Source of the DNA: Octopus vulgaris
Taxonomy: Eukaryota
Assembly (NCBI GenBank): GCA_951406725.2
Contig: OX597822.1
Span: forward strand, 58,032,001-58,096,000
Reading direction: 5' to 3'
Length of the DNA stretch: 64,000 nt
Both the position numbers and the translations under genes were made by a program. The notes beneath the pieces are model-generated. The model was not told the origin of the DNA. It worked only from the letters and a program-made list of their open reading frames with translations, and searched no databases. Positions 51,000 to 64,000 of this stretch are shown here, one piece after another (position 1 is the first letter of the stretch; each line of letters opens with the position of its first letter).

Positions 51000-52100
51000 T
51001 CGCTGCGAATTTGACCAACAAATTAAAAATGTTGCAAGACACTGCCACCAACTGATACTGCACGAGGCAATTTCCAAAGCTGCAACTCGATCGTCTGTCT
51101 CTAATCACAAGCATGCTAAGTAGTTTGAAAATGATACGACGAATGTACAAGATTCATCAAACTGTATTGCATGGACGAAATACTAGCTTACTCAAAAATC
51201 CGAAAGTCTTATTACTACAGGAATTGAGGCTAGAAATGCGATGGCCTTCTATGCTAGTCCGAGAGAAGTTTAACGAGCTGCAGAAAGATGGTAACTCGAA
51301 TGAAGAAAAAGGAAGGCTCACACCTTTTACATCGAAGAAAGTGATACTATAAATACTGTTAAGACCATTTTAGTGAGCTACTAGACTAGCCATCAATAAT
51401 TTCTCTCGAGGTCTTAGAATGTCTGAAAGCTTCCAGTTGATATCAGTTTGGTTCTACCGCTGAATATGGAAGAGTTGAAAGCTGTCATCTACGTAAGGAA
51501 ACTGGGAACAGCTTCGGTGAAAGGAGAATGTTGGCAATGTAGCAACTTCCTACACCTATTCAAAGATGTGCCACTTACAAGAACATGGGTGACCGACAAG
51601 ACTGGAAATTACCGAAGAATTTGTCTTCTTTTGATTGCAGGAAGACGTTTGGTCAAAATACTGCATGGGCAATTGCTAAAATTATTCAAGCGAATTCTTC
51701 CTGATTTCTAAGTCTAAGAGTACCAACGATATTGCGACAATTTCAAGAAAACGTTATAAAACAGCATTTCATTGTGTTTATCAACTTTATAAAAACCTTT
51801 CGATAACTTTTACGATAGCTTAAAAGATAATGAATGTTCGAAAAAAATTTGAGGAGATTGTTAGTTAGTTCCAAGATGATCAGACTATTTGGGGAATTTT
51901 AGCTCGGAGTCCTCTCTAAATGCTACCAGAGTAGGGCCGTATACTTGCTCCAACGCTATTTGTGATGTTTCTGGCTGGAATATACACCTAACTATTTGGT
52001 GCCACTATATGTATTCCGCATAATTTTCTTCGTGATGACTCAGTTTATATCCTACGCATAATTTTGAATGCGCGGCAACAACCTTCGGTCTTTCGATTAA
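51000..52100 (+). mobile_element. Possible degraded hAT transposase
   Basis: Fragmented ORFs including LLLQELRLEMRWPSM, reminiscent of the hAT (T/V)RW-S motif. Weak. Confidence 0.3.
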
Positions 52101-52505
52101 AACCTACATTAAATTTGACGAAGGGGTTCACAAATTTTTGCTTTTGTACCATCAAATTGAGAAAATGGACTGCTAGTGACTTCCCTGACAAACGCTATAT
52201 ATGCCTGTCATGAAATTTCGTTGGAAAATACAAAACTGATTCCTGTTCTTTTAGTTAAAGTATTTTTTTTTTATACAAGGCGTTGTCTTGTCCACTAGAG
52301 TTCCCTAATACCTGCTTGGACACACAGAACGTAAAGAATCAGAACAAATACTGCAAATCATTTTCTTCAATCTTTAACACTTACACCAATTTACTGCCTT
52401 TGACAAGTAGGATGAAAGGTAAAGCCGATCTCAGCGGGATTTCGACTCGGTATGCAAGGAGTTCAATTATCGATGTCAAATAAAACTATCAGGATAATAC
52501 AATAG

Positions 52506-53005
52506 GGTACTATTTAAGAAGAGTGGTCCCGGTACGCGCACTCGCGTACTCGTGCATCCGCGCTAGCTCGCCGTGACTAGTCGATCCTACAACGACTACT
52601 TATCCTATAACAAATGTTCATACAAATTCGGTTGAAAGTTATTAGATAAACGTTTGGTATCTCCATCATAACTTAGACGTTTTTTTAAAAAAACAAATAG
52701 GGTTTTTTAAAAATAAAATAAATATTTTTTTACCCAAAGTAAATAAAACAAAAGCAAAGTAAATAATTTTTTTTTCCTAAACAACGTAAATAATTAAAAA
52801 AAAAATTAAATAAAAATAACACTCTACCTGTTTTTGGTACCCCCATCATACTCTTAAAACGTCGTTTTACGTTCTTCTAATAACTTTCAACCGAATTTGT
52901 ATGAACATGTGTTATAGGATAGGTAGTCGTTTGATTGACTAATCATGACTAGCTAACGCGAGTACGCAAGTGCGCGCACTGGGACCACTCTTCTTAAATA
53001 GTACC
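52506..53005. mobile_element. MULE-like MITE with about 150-bp TIRs
   Basis: ggtactatttaagaagagtggtccc... / ...gggaccactcttcttaaatagtacc; 9-bp TSD atacaatag / gtgcaatag. Confidence 0.88.
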
Positions 53006-55374
53006 GTGCAATAGTGCATTCCTGCTTGTTATACTCTGCTCAGACCTACGCGCATTGTATGATCGATACACAGAGAAAAAGTTGTTGAACTGTTAATTAT
53101 TCATTCATGAAGTACAGTGAATCTTCATGCAGCGCGCAAATAATAAACCTAGTGTTGAGTCTGTCCGGTGCAAAGCCGTGTTCGACAACGGGCCGAAGTG
53201 TGGAAGCCATTGAAGAGGGCGCTTATGACGTTCTTTATAAGAATGTGAACAGGTAGTATTTCAACGAAGTAGATCTTTGTGACTGAATAATATTTTTTAA
53301 AATTTACATTTGAAATAGAAGAAACAAAGAGAAAGAGGTTTATACTAAGAGTGTTCAGTTTCTTGTTTTTTGTTTTTTTATCAACTTCATGGGCCTGGAG
53401 ATTAATTTTAAAAAGCATGAATGCACTTCGCTTGGAAACTATTGTATTAATCATACTTGTGTATAAAAATTATAACACGTTCTTCAAGACACTCCAGCAT
53501 TAATAGAGGTTTCTCTAAAACCTTAAATTATTTAAATATAATAATCTATGGCACACCTTGACTCTACTAGGTCAGAGCAAGATCTTTTACACCGACACTA
53601 TTAACACTATTCTGCGCGCATAGAAGAATCGGCACCTTTGGTCTACGGGCATATGTAAGAGTGAAATGTCTTTTGTTCTCAAGCCATACACTCGAATACA
53701 AGCGATGGCTGATGTATTCAGCAAAAAAAATTATCAAACTTACACTAGTTAGTTCTAAAGTAGAACACGTCAGAACGTTTGTGTTTCGCGACAGAATAAA
53801 GACTAAATGAATTAGAAAACGTGAAAAGACAGCTTTCACTCACTAGCATCTACAACATTTGGAAGTCTTCGAAATACGATCTAGAACAGGAGATGGGATG
53901 GGGGACATCAGCTCACAACTCAAACTTAGGCTTAACAATACCTTTATTTTCCTAATCGCAGCCTACGCCCCGAAACGTCGATCCTAAAATCTGAAGATAG
54001 ACGCAAGTTAGAAGTTTTTGGAATGCAGTATTCGTTGCCATCCATATTAGATATCATTACGAGAAAAAAACATTAAAATATTTTCATAATATAAGCTCTT
54101 CACAGGACATCCACCATTACTGGGGCAATAATAACACAAGTCAGACAATAACTATACCATGCTGGTGGTCCAGTTAGCAGTAGAGGACTTAGCAATTAAG
54201 TGTGTTTTAGAAATTTAGTACAATTTCCATCTACCATATTCGAATCACTGGTCAATTCATGGCTATGAAAGAAGACACGCATCGAAGGCGGTACGCAGCG
54301 ACATCGGCCCCGAAACCACGAAGTTGCAAAGCGAATATAACTATATGGCCAAGCCTTCACCAGTAATATGAGTCTTGGCTGTGACTACATCTTAAGTCAT
54401 GGGCAAAATATTCAGTTACTTGAGGTCCTTACGGATCTAGGGGACCAATTCTATGTATATACTGGCTTGCTGTTAATAAGTAAATACTATATGCATTGGT
54501 TTACTCGGTGGTATAGAGGCTTAGTTCTGATCTATGAATGCTGTAACTTGCTGTCAGGTACTATAGCGCCCAGTCTATTGATTTTTTTCGGGGTCTATGA
54601 TGCTGATAAGACGACCCTTGTCACAGCATAACTATTTAATTCGATTACAAATTCAGAGTCATCCAGAGATCTAAGAAGAAGTTGTATTTATGTAAATACT
54701 CGGTAAAGTGTATTCTCCACTATACATCGTGCATGCCTATTTGGAGTCTTGAAGATGTTCATCTGCGGAGCAACTAGGATCCCTCTATGACGTACTTGTG
54801 GTTCTTTTAGACTACAAGAAATTGAAATAATTTAATTTGGTTCAGACACATGCATGGCTGTGAGGGTAAGAAACTCGCTTTGCAACCACATGGATTCTAG
54901 TTCAAGTCCCACTCTGCGGTACCTTGAGCAAGTGTTTTCTATTAAAGTTGCGAGCCGACCTATGAATTTGGTTGACGGAAACTATGTGGAAGCCCGTCGT
55001 ATATGTATGTATCTTGTTTGTATTTATCCCCTCATCATCGCCTGTTGGTTATTTTACGTACTCGAAACATAGCGATTTGGCACAAGAAACCGATAAATAA
55101 GTGTCAAATGAAGAAAAATTAACTACTGGAGTTGATCTATTTTACTAAATATTTCACTAGCTTGGCCGCAGTTCGATATTTTAAACGAGTAAAAAAACAA
55201 ACTAACAAAAAACTAAATAGGATCTCGACGGATGTATGTTTTAAACAGCTGAACGAATCATGAATTTTAACCATCCTCTAAGAGACGTTAGAATCGAACG
55301 AAAAGGTTTTATCTCTTTAAACCGGTCATAGCCGGCGCAAATATTCTACCTGTTTTCCGTTCCAACCAGCCAGA

Positions 55375-55494
55375 GGATCTTTTCATTTCAATTTTGTTTA
55401 CAATAATGTTTTCTTTTGACACATTCTACCAGTATACGAAGTTTCAAATTTTTTAGTTAACTAGGAAAATCTGGCCTTCAAAATGAAAAGATCC
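55375..55494. mobile_element. Deleted relative of the 3493-3910 MITE
   Basis: ggatcttttc...gaaaagatcc termini; shared acattctaccagtatacgaagttt; flanks ccagccaga / caagccaga. Confidence 0.8.
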
Positions 55495-55569
55495 CAAGCC
55501 AGATCCTGCCTCCTACACATACCTTCGACATTTCAGTGATGTAAATAATTCAAAGCTAACTTTTATTTT

Positions 55570-55932
55570 TAACTTGTTTCAGTCATTAGACTGCAGCCAT
55601 TCTGAGGCGCCGCCTCGAAAGATTTTTAGTCGAATGTATCGATCCCAGTACATACTTTTTAAAACCTGGTACTTATTCAATCGGTCTCTTTTTGCCGAAC
55701 CGCTAATTTACGAGGACGTAAACACGCCAGCACCCGTTGTCAAGTGGTGGTGGGTACACACACATACACGACGGACTTCTTTCAGTTTCCGTCTACCAAA
55801 TCCATTCACAAGGCTTTGGTCCACCCGGGCCTATAGTAGAAGACACTTGGCCAAGGTGCCACGCAGTGGGACTGAAACCGGAACCATGTGCTAGGGAAGC
55901 AAGCTTCTTACCACATAGCCATGCCTGCGCCT
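55570..55932 (-). mobile_element. Family A SINE
   Basis: Reverse complement of the family A consensus. Confidence 0.88.
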
Positions 55933-56501
55933 ATGTGAATAAATACGCATTAAATTTGACAGAGTACTTCTGGATGTCAAAGGGTCTTATATTGTTAACG
56001 TATCAGAGAACTGTTCGAGTCAGTATCTCCCTTATAACGGCATGGAAATGTTCTACAGTTTTCATTTTCCTTGGGTATGTCTAATGTTTTACCACTTAGT
56101 GGATGACACAAATAGCAGAAACCGTATCACGTAAGATTTGCCAGGTGAACAAACGTCGAACATGAATTGAAAACAGCGAGGCAGATGTAAACAAATAATG
56201 TTAAAAGTATGTAAGATAATCAAGTAAAGATTTCAGATAATGTAAGCTGGTGGAAACACATTACGGAAGCAGTTCGTGATATTATTTTCTGTCGATTACA
56301 ACAGCTCAGAAGAGCCAGCAGCTTGTTTGCTGCGATCAGGTTTCAACTAATCATCGGCTTGAAGGTAAAAACACAGTGATATATATATAGGTATACTATT
56401 GACAATCCAATAATTTATTTATATTACAATATTACATTAAATACTATGGATTGGATATTTAACACACTCCTTTGAAGGATTTCTTTTCCTCAGTTTGTTA
56501 C

Positions 56502-56539
<38 letters not shown>

Positions 56540-56799
56540 AGAGTTTGAGGTTTCGAGCATAACTCTTGTTCGGAATGGTGAAAGGAGAAGTCCAAAGAAG
56601 GAAAAGAAATCACCAACAACACGAGTAGTTACACTGCTGAAGTGACCATACATATAGGTGTGTGTGTGTGTACGCGCGCGGTGAGGAATAGGAAGACGAC
56701 AAAGGTACAGAGGGAAAACAGGAAAAACACGACGGACGTGGATACGTTCATCCCTCGTCAGTTATTGACCAAGATTTCTTAACAATTTCAACACGCATA

Positions 56800-57177
56800 G
56801 GCGCAGGAGTGGCTGTGTGGTAAGTAGCTTGCTTACCAACCACATGGTTTCGGGTTCAGTCCCACTGCGTGGCACCTTAGTATCTTCTACTATAGCCTCG
56901 GGCCGACCAAAGCCTTGTCAGTGGATTTGGTAGACGGAAACTCAAAGAATCCCGTCCAATATAAGTACAAATGTGTGTGTGTGTATGTGTGTCTGTTTGC
57001 CCCCCCCCCCCCGTCGCTTGACGTGATGTGTTGATGCTGGTGTGTTTACGTCCCCGTAACTTAGCGATAGAATAAGTACTAGGCTTACAAAACATAAGTC
57101 TTGGGGTCGATTTGCTCGACTAAAGGCAGTGCTCCAGCATGACCCCAGTCAAATAAATGAAACAAGTAAAAGAGAGT
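56800..57177 (+). mobile_element. Family A SINE, full length
   Basis: A/B boxes, CORE remnant, microsatellite, canonical tail. Confidence 0.92.
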
Positions 57178-57776
57178 ACACAAATCAGATATCGGACTCG
57201 CCGTTTTAATTGATTCAATTAAAGAATTTTGTTTACTCCCACCTTTCATTCTTTTGGATATTTGATCTTTAACTCAGCACCGCAATGCAATGAAATACAA
57301 AGGTGAGCTACATTGTGGTTACCTATACTTTATAGTCAAACGAATTGGACAAGCAGAGTTCAAGATCAGTTCTTACAGCCAGTGATAAAGCTATCCTGTA
57401 ATATAATTTCTTAAAAGGTTTCCTTACACTTACAAGCAATTTTAGGGATGGTGTTGAGCGCGTGTATTGGTTCAAGTACCTCCGACAGCACATACACAAA
57501 ATTGTAAGTAAAAGCCACGTAAAATCATGGGACGCCTTTTAGGAGTTTGTATTTCAACTCTGCTTTCATGATATGAAGTACTTATAAGATGGTCTGATAC
57601 TTATATTTTTAAACATGAGTAACCTAAGATAGAACTATTTGCTGTAGCAAACTTATGGTGTACATCGCGTAGCACTATATACATATAAAAATCATGAAAT
57701 GGTCATCATTAGAATACTTTCCATCACAGTTGACCTGCGGATAAACAAGCAACACATCCTTTAATAATAATAATAA

Positions 57777-58130
57777 TCCTTTTTACTATAGGCACAAGGC
57801 CTGAAATTTTTGGGGGATGGGGCTAGTCAATTATATCGATCCCAGTGTTTCACTGGTACTTAATTTATTGAACCCGAAAGGATGAAAGCAAAGTTGACCT
57901 CGGTGGAATTTGAATTCAGAACGTAGCGACGGGTGAAACACCGCTCCTGATAAACACCGTGTAACCCATTCCAGCATGTTAAAACTGACATTAACTGATG
58001 ATAACGACGACCCGTAAGGGATGAGAAGCAAAGTAGACATCGGCGGAATTTGAACTTAAAATGTAAAGATACTAAAGGAACTTCGCAAAACATTTTCCCG
58101 ATGCTCTACCGATTCTGCCAGCTCGCTACC
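57777..58130 (-). mobile_element. Family B SINE(s)
   Basis: gaaaggatgaaagcaaagttgacctcggtggaatttgaa and head ttctgccagctcgc. Confidence 0.8.
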
Positions 58131-58315
58131 CTTTTATGCTCACATTCTAAAATTTTATTGCTCTTTATTTCATTTTATTTTTTTGCTAACCATGGTAAAT
58201 CGAGTTTGGTACCAATAGGGAAGTTGTAGAAGGATTTAATGTCGATCAAATGACAAAAGTGATTGAGTGTCAAAACAAGGTCGTTTTGTAGCGCTTAATA
58301 GGTTCTCTTTCTCAG

Positions 58316-58353
<38 letters not shown>

Positions 58354-59152
58354 ATGTGCGAGTCTGTGTGTATTTATATACAGATACATAGGCACATACA
58401 TACATAGACACACATATCACTATGCCTGCTGCGAAGGGTATTTAAATTATAGGCGTCAGATCTCAGCCACAAGTTAAGACGACGATAGCCAACATTAAGT
58501 GCGTTCCGGACAGTTTGAAAGAGAAAGCAGCTGGACAAGTAAGTTCAGTGGTTGAACAATGAAAGTAAGAACCGGATTCACAGCAGAGAGAGAGAGAGAA
58601 AATTCTGCTGAAACCATTCTCTTGAAAACAAATCCCCATAGACTTGGTAAAGACAACCTTGAGAATGCATGCACACACACACATACACACACACTTTCCT
58701 TTCCTTTCCTCTCTCTTTCTCTTTCTGTGTCTTTAATCAACGCTCTTCTTTTCTTAATTGTTGTTATTAAAATAGTTTTCTTTGGGGTATATGGGTGTGG
58801 TAGCGGGATGCGGAAGAAGACTGAAAAAGTATATATATATATATATAAAAGAGAAAAAGAACAAAAAAATGTCGTGCTGACAGACTCATTATCGCCAGTG
58901 AATAAAATAAATGTGATGACTCATCAAAAATTTGACCAATGGTCAACAGACTTCGTCCGAGAGATTCACCACCGCCGCCATCATCCCTCCCACGCCTTAG
59001 TTACTGACCAAGCCAACAAGAAGATCACAAAGGTTAAGCAACCAAGCCCGTCCATTTACCGTGTCCACTTAAAATAGTTTAATCTTTTTGTTCAAGTATA
59101 CCCCCAAAAGTACTTAGTGGCGTGTAATGGGCAGGCAAAGGAAGTCGTGGTC

Positions 59153-59187
<35 letters not shown>

Positions 59188-59640
59188 GGAGTATGTGTGT
59201 GTGTGTGTGTGTGACAGACTGACCATCTTTCAAAACCTGAAAGTCTGTTTACGAGGCGTCAAACGGGATGAAGACAGTGAAAGTTTATCTTTTTTTTCTC
59301 TTTCCTCTTTGTAACGGGGGGTTGTTTACCATGTCTCGGTTTGATTTTTCACTTAAAATACCAATGCATTGATTGATTCCAAGTTGTCATACACCTGTGT
59401 GTGTGTGTGTGTGTAAAAGAACTTGTATGCGTGAAAAAAACAATTTCTATTGAAATACATCAAAAGCTTTGAAAGTGTATAGTTGACCCCATTTTATGTT
59501 AAAGTGAAATAAAAAAATAATCTAGAGCTATAGACACGAATTTTATAAAAATATTTTCACATACACATGTATAAAAAGGTAATATTTCTGTAAAAAAAAA
59601 CCCCAATTAATCCTGTCCAATTATTGCCAAAAAGTCCCTT

Positions 59641-60024
59641 ACTCTTTTACTTGTTTCAGCCTGCGGTCATGCTGGAGCACCGCCTTTAGTCGAGCAAATC
59701 GACCCCGGGTCTTATTCTTTGTAAGCCTAGTACTTATTCTATCGGTCTCTTTTGCCAAACCGCTAAGTTACACACCAGCGTAAACACACCAGCATTGGTT
59801 GTCAAGCGATGTTGGGGGGACAAACAGACGCACAAACACTCACATATGTACATATATACGTCGGGCTTCATTCAGTTTCTGTCAACCAAATCCACTCACA
59901 AGGCTTTGGTCGGCCCGATGCTATAGTAGAAGACACCAAGACACCAAGGTGCTACGCAGTGGGACTGAACCCGGAACCATGTGGCTGGTAAGCAAGCTAC
60001 TTACCACACAGCCACTCCTACGCC
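59641..60024 (-). mobile_element. Family A SINE, full length
   Basis: Reverse complement of the 37845-38243 family. Confidence 0.92.
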
Positions 60025-60379
60025 CTTGTACATATTTTTAGTATATGATTGGGAAATCATCTAAATCAGTGGTTCTCAACGAAGATCCATATCGCCCCTG
60101 AAGGTCAATATAAGATTTTTGGGGGTCCACGCAACAAAATAGTAAATTGTCTACAATAGGGTTCCTTTAAGGGCTCCTGAAATTTTTTTTCTTTAGATGG
60201 GTTTCTTTAACATTTTACATAGTTCAACCTACACAAGTTAATGTGCGAAAAACAAAATAGGAATTTTGAAATAAGTTTCTATAAAACTAGTTTTTAAACA
60301 TCAAGTGGCGATGGGGGTTTCACCAGAATAAAATAGTAGTCAAATGTCTTTCTAGCAGTCACCAACAGTGGTTTATTTA

Positions 60380-60840
60380 CTAATAACGGATTGACTATCC
60401 ATCGAGTTTGATAGCGGCCATCTTCTTCAACAGTGGATCCTTTGGCTATGTATTTCACTCCTCGATGTTCAACTTGCGGGTTGTAGATATGTGACTATTT
60501 GGTTGGAGACACAGGAGTATTGAATCTGAGAGCATGTCTCTTTACTCGTCTCTCCTGGTTGTAGTTGTTTTGTATTTCTTCTCCGTATCTTCAATCTTTC
60601 TCCGTTAGTGAGAATGCGTGAATGCCATAGTGAAACGCTTGGCAGCGATTTATTCCACTATTGAGGAGCTGGTGTTACTCCTCTTGAAAGTAGCCTTCAA
60701 CTGGCCACTGAATCGATTATTTCGCCCACTAGTCTGGCGATAAGTACGGCGGAACTGACCATGGAGGATTCTACAGGTGATACGCGAGTTAGACATCTTA
60801 CAGCCTTTAGATGTTAAAAGATGTTTCCGTCGAGTGGATA
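60380..60840 (-). mobile_element. Degraded RTE LINE ORF 3' end, within a hAT MITE relic starting at about 60067
   Basis: SRITCRILHGQFRRTYRQTSGRNNRFSGQLKATFK resembles the RTE C-terminal R.PK.L.YG.L..G.R..GGQ.KR.KD.LK motif. Left flank begins cagtggttctcaac. Confidence 0.55.
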
Positions 60841-61018
60841 GTAAAATATAAACCAAAGGGGTCTATAAGTAAAAAAACAAAAAAATAGATGAGGACATTG
60901 TATGTCCGAAGTAAACGTAGTCCTTTACCCAGGGAACTGAGACCTTATGGGAAATTATTGGCCTAAAATAACGATCAATAATACATTCGCGACTTTTCAT
61001 ACTCTTGCAGCACGGATT

Positions 61019-61069
61019 TTTGTCAGTGAACAGGTCGCGGTCTTAAAGCGACGAAAATATTTTGACAAA
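61019..61069 (+). ncRNA. Variant minimal hammerhead ribozyme fold (G3-C8)
   Basis: uuuguca-GUGAACA-g-gucgc(ggucuuaaa)gcgac-GAAA-auau-UU-ugacaaa; lies in a repeat (about 61005-61156) homologous to 5631-5780 plus 9216-9266. Confidence 0.6.
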
Positions 61070-61469
61070 TTAAACTTAGACATTGAAGTGAATCGAACGG
61101 CTTTTGTGTGTTTCTTAAATGGCTTACAAATACCTTCCACGCTGCAATTGTTTTCATACTCTGCTGAAATGGAAATAACGACTGAAACAAACACACGCAC
61201 ACATTTACACAGATCAGCGGGATGCCAACATTGTCACTATCTACAAGAACATAGATACATTTGGTTGCTCCGACAGTAAGGATACAAGTATTCTCTGTTA
61301 TCGAGAAGCTACATTCGATGTTTTAAAAAAATCTGATTATGTTTTTAGAATTAAATATTATTAGAAATTGTTTAAATGTTTTGTATACTGCAGAAGTATA
61401 AGCAATTTGATGCACATAGTTTTTAATAACAGGCTCTTATATGGACCCGAACAGAATCTTGTAATGAAA

Positions 61470-61884
61470 GCGGCGAGCTGGCAGAAACGTTAGCACGCCG
61501 GGCGAAATGCGTAGCCGTATTTCGTCTGCCGTTACGTTCTGAGTTCAAATTTCGCCGAGGTTGACTTTGCCTTTCCTCCTTTCGGGGTCGATAAATTAAG
61601 TACCAGTTACGCACTGGGGTCGATATAATCGACTTAATCCCTTTGTCTGTCCTTGTTTGTCCCCTCTGTGTGTAGCCCCTTGTGGGCAGTAACGAAATAG
61701 GTATTTCGTCTGCCGCTACGTTCTGAGTTCAAATTCTGCCGAGGTCGACTTTGCCTTTCATCCTTTCGGGGTCGATTAAATAAGTACCAGTTATGCGCTG
61801 AGGCCGATACAATTGATTTAATCCGTTTTGTCTTTTCTTGTTTGTCCCCTCTGTGTGTAGCTCCTTGTGGGCAGTAATTAAATA
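61470..61884 (+). mobile_element. Dimeric family B SINE
   Basis: Head gcggcgagctggcagaaacg; two tandem bodies joined at gaaatag|gtatttcgtctgcc. Confidence 0.9.
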
Positions 61885-62192
61885 AGAATCTTATATGGAC
61901 CCCCAAGGGTCATATAGACTCTGGTTGAGAACGAGATAAACTGTTACAACATCGAACATTGTTCCGATTTTGCTGTACATGGGGTGTCAAATCCACGAGA
62001 TTACGAATTAAAAATAGATAACAGCGAGAATCCGCTGGTTGCTCCCACAGTAAAGATATGAGTATTCTCTCTTGTCGAGAAGTTACAGCCACAGTTAAGA
62101 TTATAACAATGATCCAGTCAATATCAGAGAACATGCACAATTTTTTTAATTTTAGGGCCATGCCAAAGATACATGGTCTGTTATATTTAAAG

Positions 62193-62393
62193 CAGTGGTT
62201 TTCAACCAGGGTTCCGCCAGTACAGTCCAGGGGTTCCGCAAGAAGTTACAAAACTGCTAAAATCGGCAGTAATTTTTAATTTTCCTGTGCAGATATGTGT
62301 GCATAAGACTATTAAATTATTGCACAGGGGTTCCTCGAGCCAGTGGAAAGTTTCCTTGGGGTTCCGCTCCACCAAAAAGGTTGAAAAGCACTG
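62193..62393. mobile_element. hAT MITE
   Basis: TIR cagtggttttcaacc / ggttgaaaagcactg; perfect 8-bp TSD atttaaag. Confidence 0.93.
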
Positions 62394-62756
62394 ATTTAAA
62401 GGCTCTATCTGCCCCGATTTCCAAAGCAATAACTTAACCAGGGGTCTGATCATACCTAGTGGTCTAATAGTGCACTTGTTCACCAGCTCAAGTAATTGAG
62501 CTGGTGGAGGAAAGGGATATTCAACACAATTTTAATACTTTTTGAGTATTATCTGGTAGATGGAAGTTTATTTGTGAGTGTTTAAGCTGTCGCTTTTACT
62601 TAACAGTTCGACATATAGAGATGAAATCAGTATTGGGGTTTGATATCGTTCACTGAAACTCCTGCTGGCTGTACCTCAGTAAGGTCGCACTCCAGTGAGT
62701 GAAACTAACTAATAGTAAAGAACTGATGACGAAATAGTAAGGTAGATGCTATATAT

Positions 62757-62972
62757 ATTTCTTTACTGCCCAGAAGGGGCGAAACATAGAGGGGACAAAC
62801 AAGGACAGACGAAGGGATTGAGTGCGAAACTGGTACTTTATTTATCGACCCCGAAAGGATGAAAGGCAAAGTTGACCTCGGCGGAATTAGAACTCACAAC
62901 GTAACGACAGACGAAATACCGCTAAGCATTTCGCCCGGCGCGCTAGCGTGTCTGCCAGCTCGCTGCCTTGTA
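62757..62972 (-). mobile_element. Family B SINE monomer
   Basis: Family B body; TSD-like atgctatata at 62746-62755 and 62974-62983. Confidence 0.88.
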
Positions 62973-63333
62973 CATGCTATATAAAGAAGCCATCTGATGC
63001 AATGATGGAATTGCGGTTAGTTTACGAAATTAGATAGTCATGCTGCCTTCCTAGCCTCACTTTGGATATCATTTGAGAGAGAGAGAGAGAGAAAGAGGTA
63101 AATGAGCTAAAAGAAAGCCTATAGTTGTTCTAGTTATCTCTCTTATTTTTACTCTGTGCGTGCGCGTGTGTGCATACATACATACATACGTGTGTATGTG
63201 TGTGAGTGTAAAACGCAAAATATTGACTGGATATTAAAGGCTCCATGAGCGACTTAGAATTAAGTAATTATTCTATAAAATGACTGACTTCGAGATTTTG
63301 TCAAATCTAGGTTTTTGAATTACAAAAATACCC

Positions 63334-63377
<44 letters not shown>

Positions 63378-64000
63378 AACAAACTAACAAACACAGATGT
63401 AATGAGGAGCGGAGCGGGTGCTAAAGAGGAGATAAAAGCTGTAAACAACATACTACGATATGATGTCGCAAGGAAAAGAAGAATACGGGAGATGGGGAGG
63501 GGTAGTAGGACGTTCGGGGTGGCGGATGGGGTTATTAAATGAAAAGCGATTTAGTCTTCACGCATACTCTTTCTTTCTCCCCCACCCGCAACTCAAACAC
63601 AATTTCGGGCTTTGCAGTATCTATTTTTTTTTTTTTTTACTTGATTCAGTTATTTGACTGCGGTCATGATGGAGCACTACTCTGAAATATTTTCGTCAAG
63701 CAAATAGCACCCCCCCCCTATAGTATTTATTTTTAAGTGTGGTACTTATTCTGTCGGACCCTTTTGTCAAACCGCTATGTTACGGGGGTGTAAGCAAACC
63801 TACACCGGTTGTCAGATGTATCACAAAAGCACGCACGCACACAACATACACGACGGGCTTCCGCACAACTTCCGTCTATCAAATTCACTTATAATGCATT
63901 TGGTCTTTTCGGGGGGATCGAACACTCTTTAATTCCTTTACTTGTTTCAGTCATTTGATTGCGGCCATGCAGGAGCACCGCCTTAAAGGGTATTAGTCGA

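Noticed and set aside
53960-54010. cgaaacgtc...ctgaaga as a permuted hammerhead
   Set aside because: Stems I and II cannot be formed convincingly.
58913-59007. Box C (GTGATGA) to box D (CTGA) snoRNA candidate
   Set aside because: No terminal stem or recognisable rRNA guide; the box C overlaps an AP-1 palindrome that explains it.
58559-59077. 172-aa ORF
   Set aside because: Runs through GA, CA and TA microsatellites; no domain or exon signals.
62720-62740. ctgatgacgaaa hammerhead core
   Set aside because: No stem II between the core strands and no stem I partner.

Overview
AT-rich, repeat-dense metazoan genomic DNA. The SINE, LINE and microsatellite repertoire suggests an octopus (inference). 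The only host protein-coding sequence I can support is the last four exons of a tRNA dimethylallyltransferase (TRIT1/MOD5/MiaA family) on the minus strand (48442 to 40764). Its catalytic N-terminal exons are not visible in the window. The rest is transposable-element material and microsatellites: tRNA-derived SINEs of at least three families, RTE and CR1 LINE fragments, an internally deleted Helitron with exact termini, non-autonomous Helitron/Helentron elements, a Chapaev3-type transposase relic inside a Gypsy relic, a Tc1/mariner relic, and several MITEs with TSDs. The most interesting signal is RNA structure. There is an intact minimal type I hammerhead ribozyme in a Penelope-like terminal repeat (11513-11609, minus). 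A second repeat family carries a hammerhead fold with the rare G3-C8 core swap and a covarying stem I (61019-61069; its second copy is split by the Helitron). Several long hairpins and inverted element pairs, and three CpG-rich promoter-like or first-exon-like segments, are also noted. Most ORFs in the supplied track are spurious (microsatellite- or SINE-derived).
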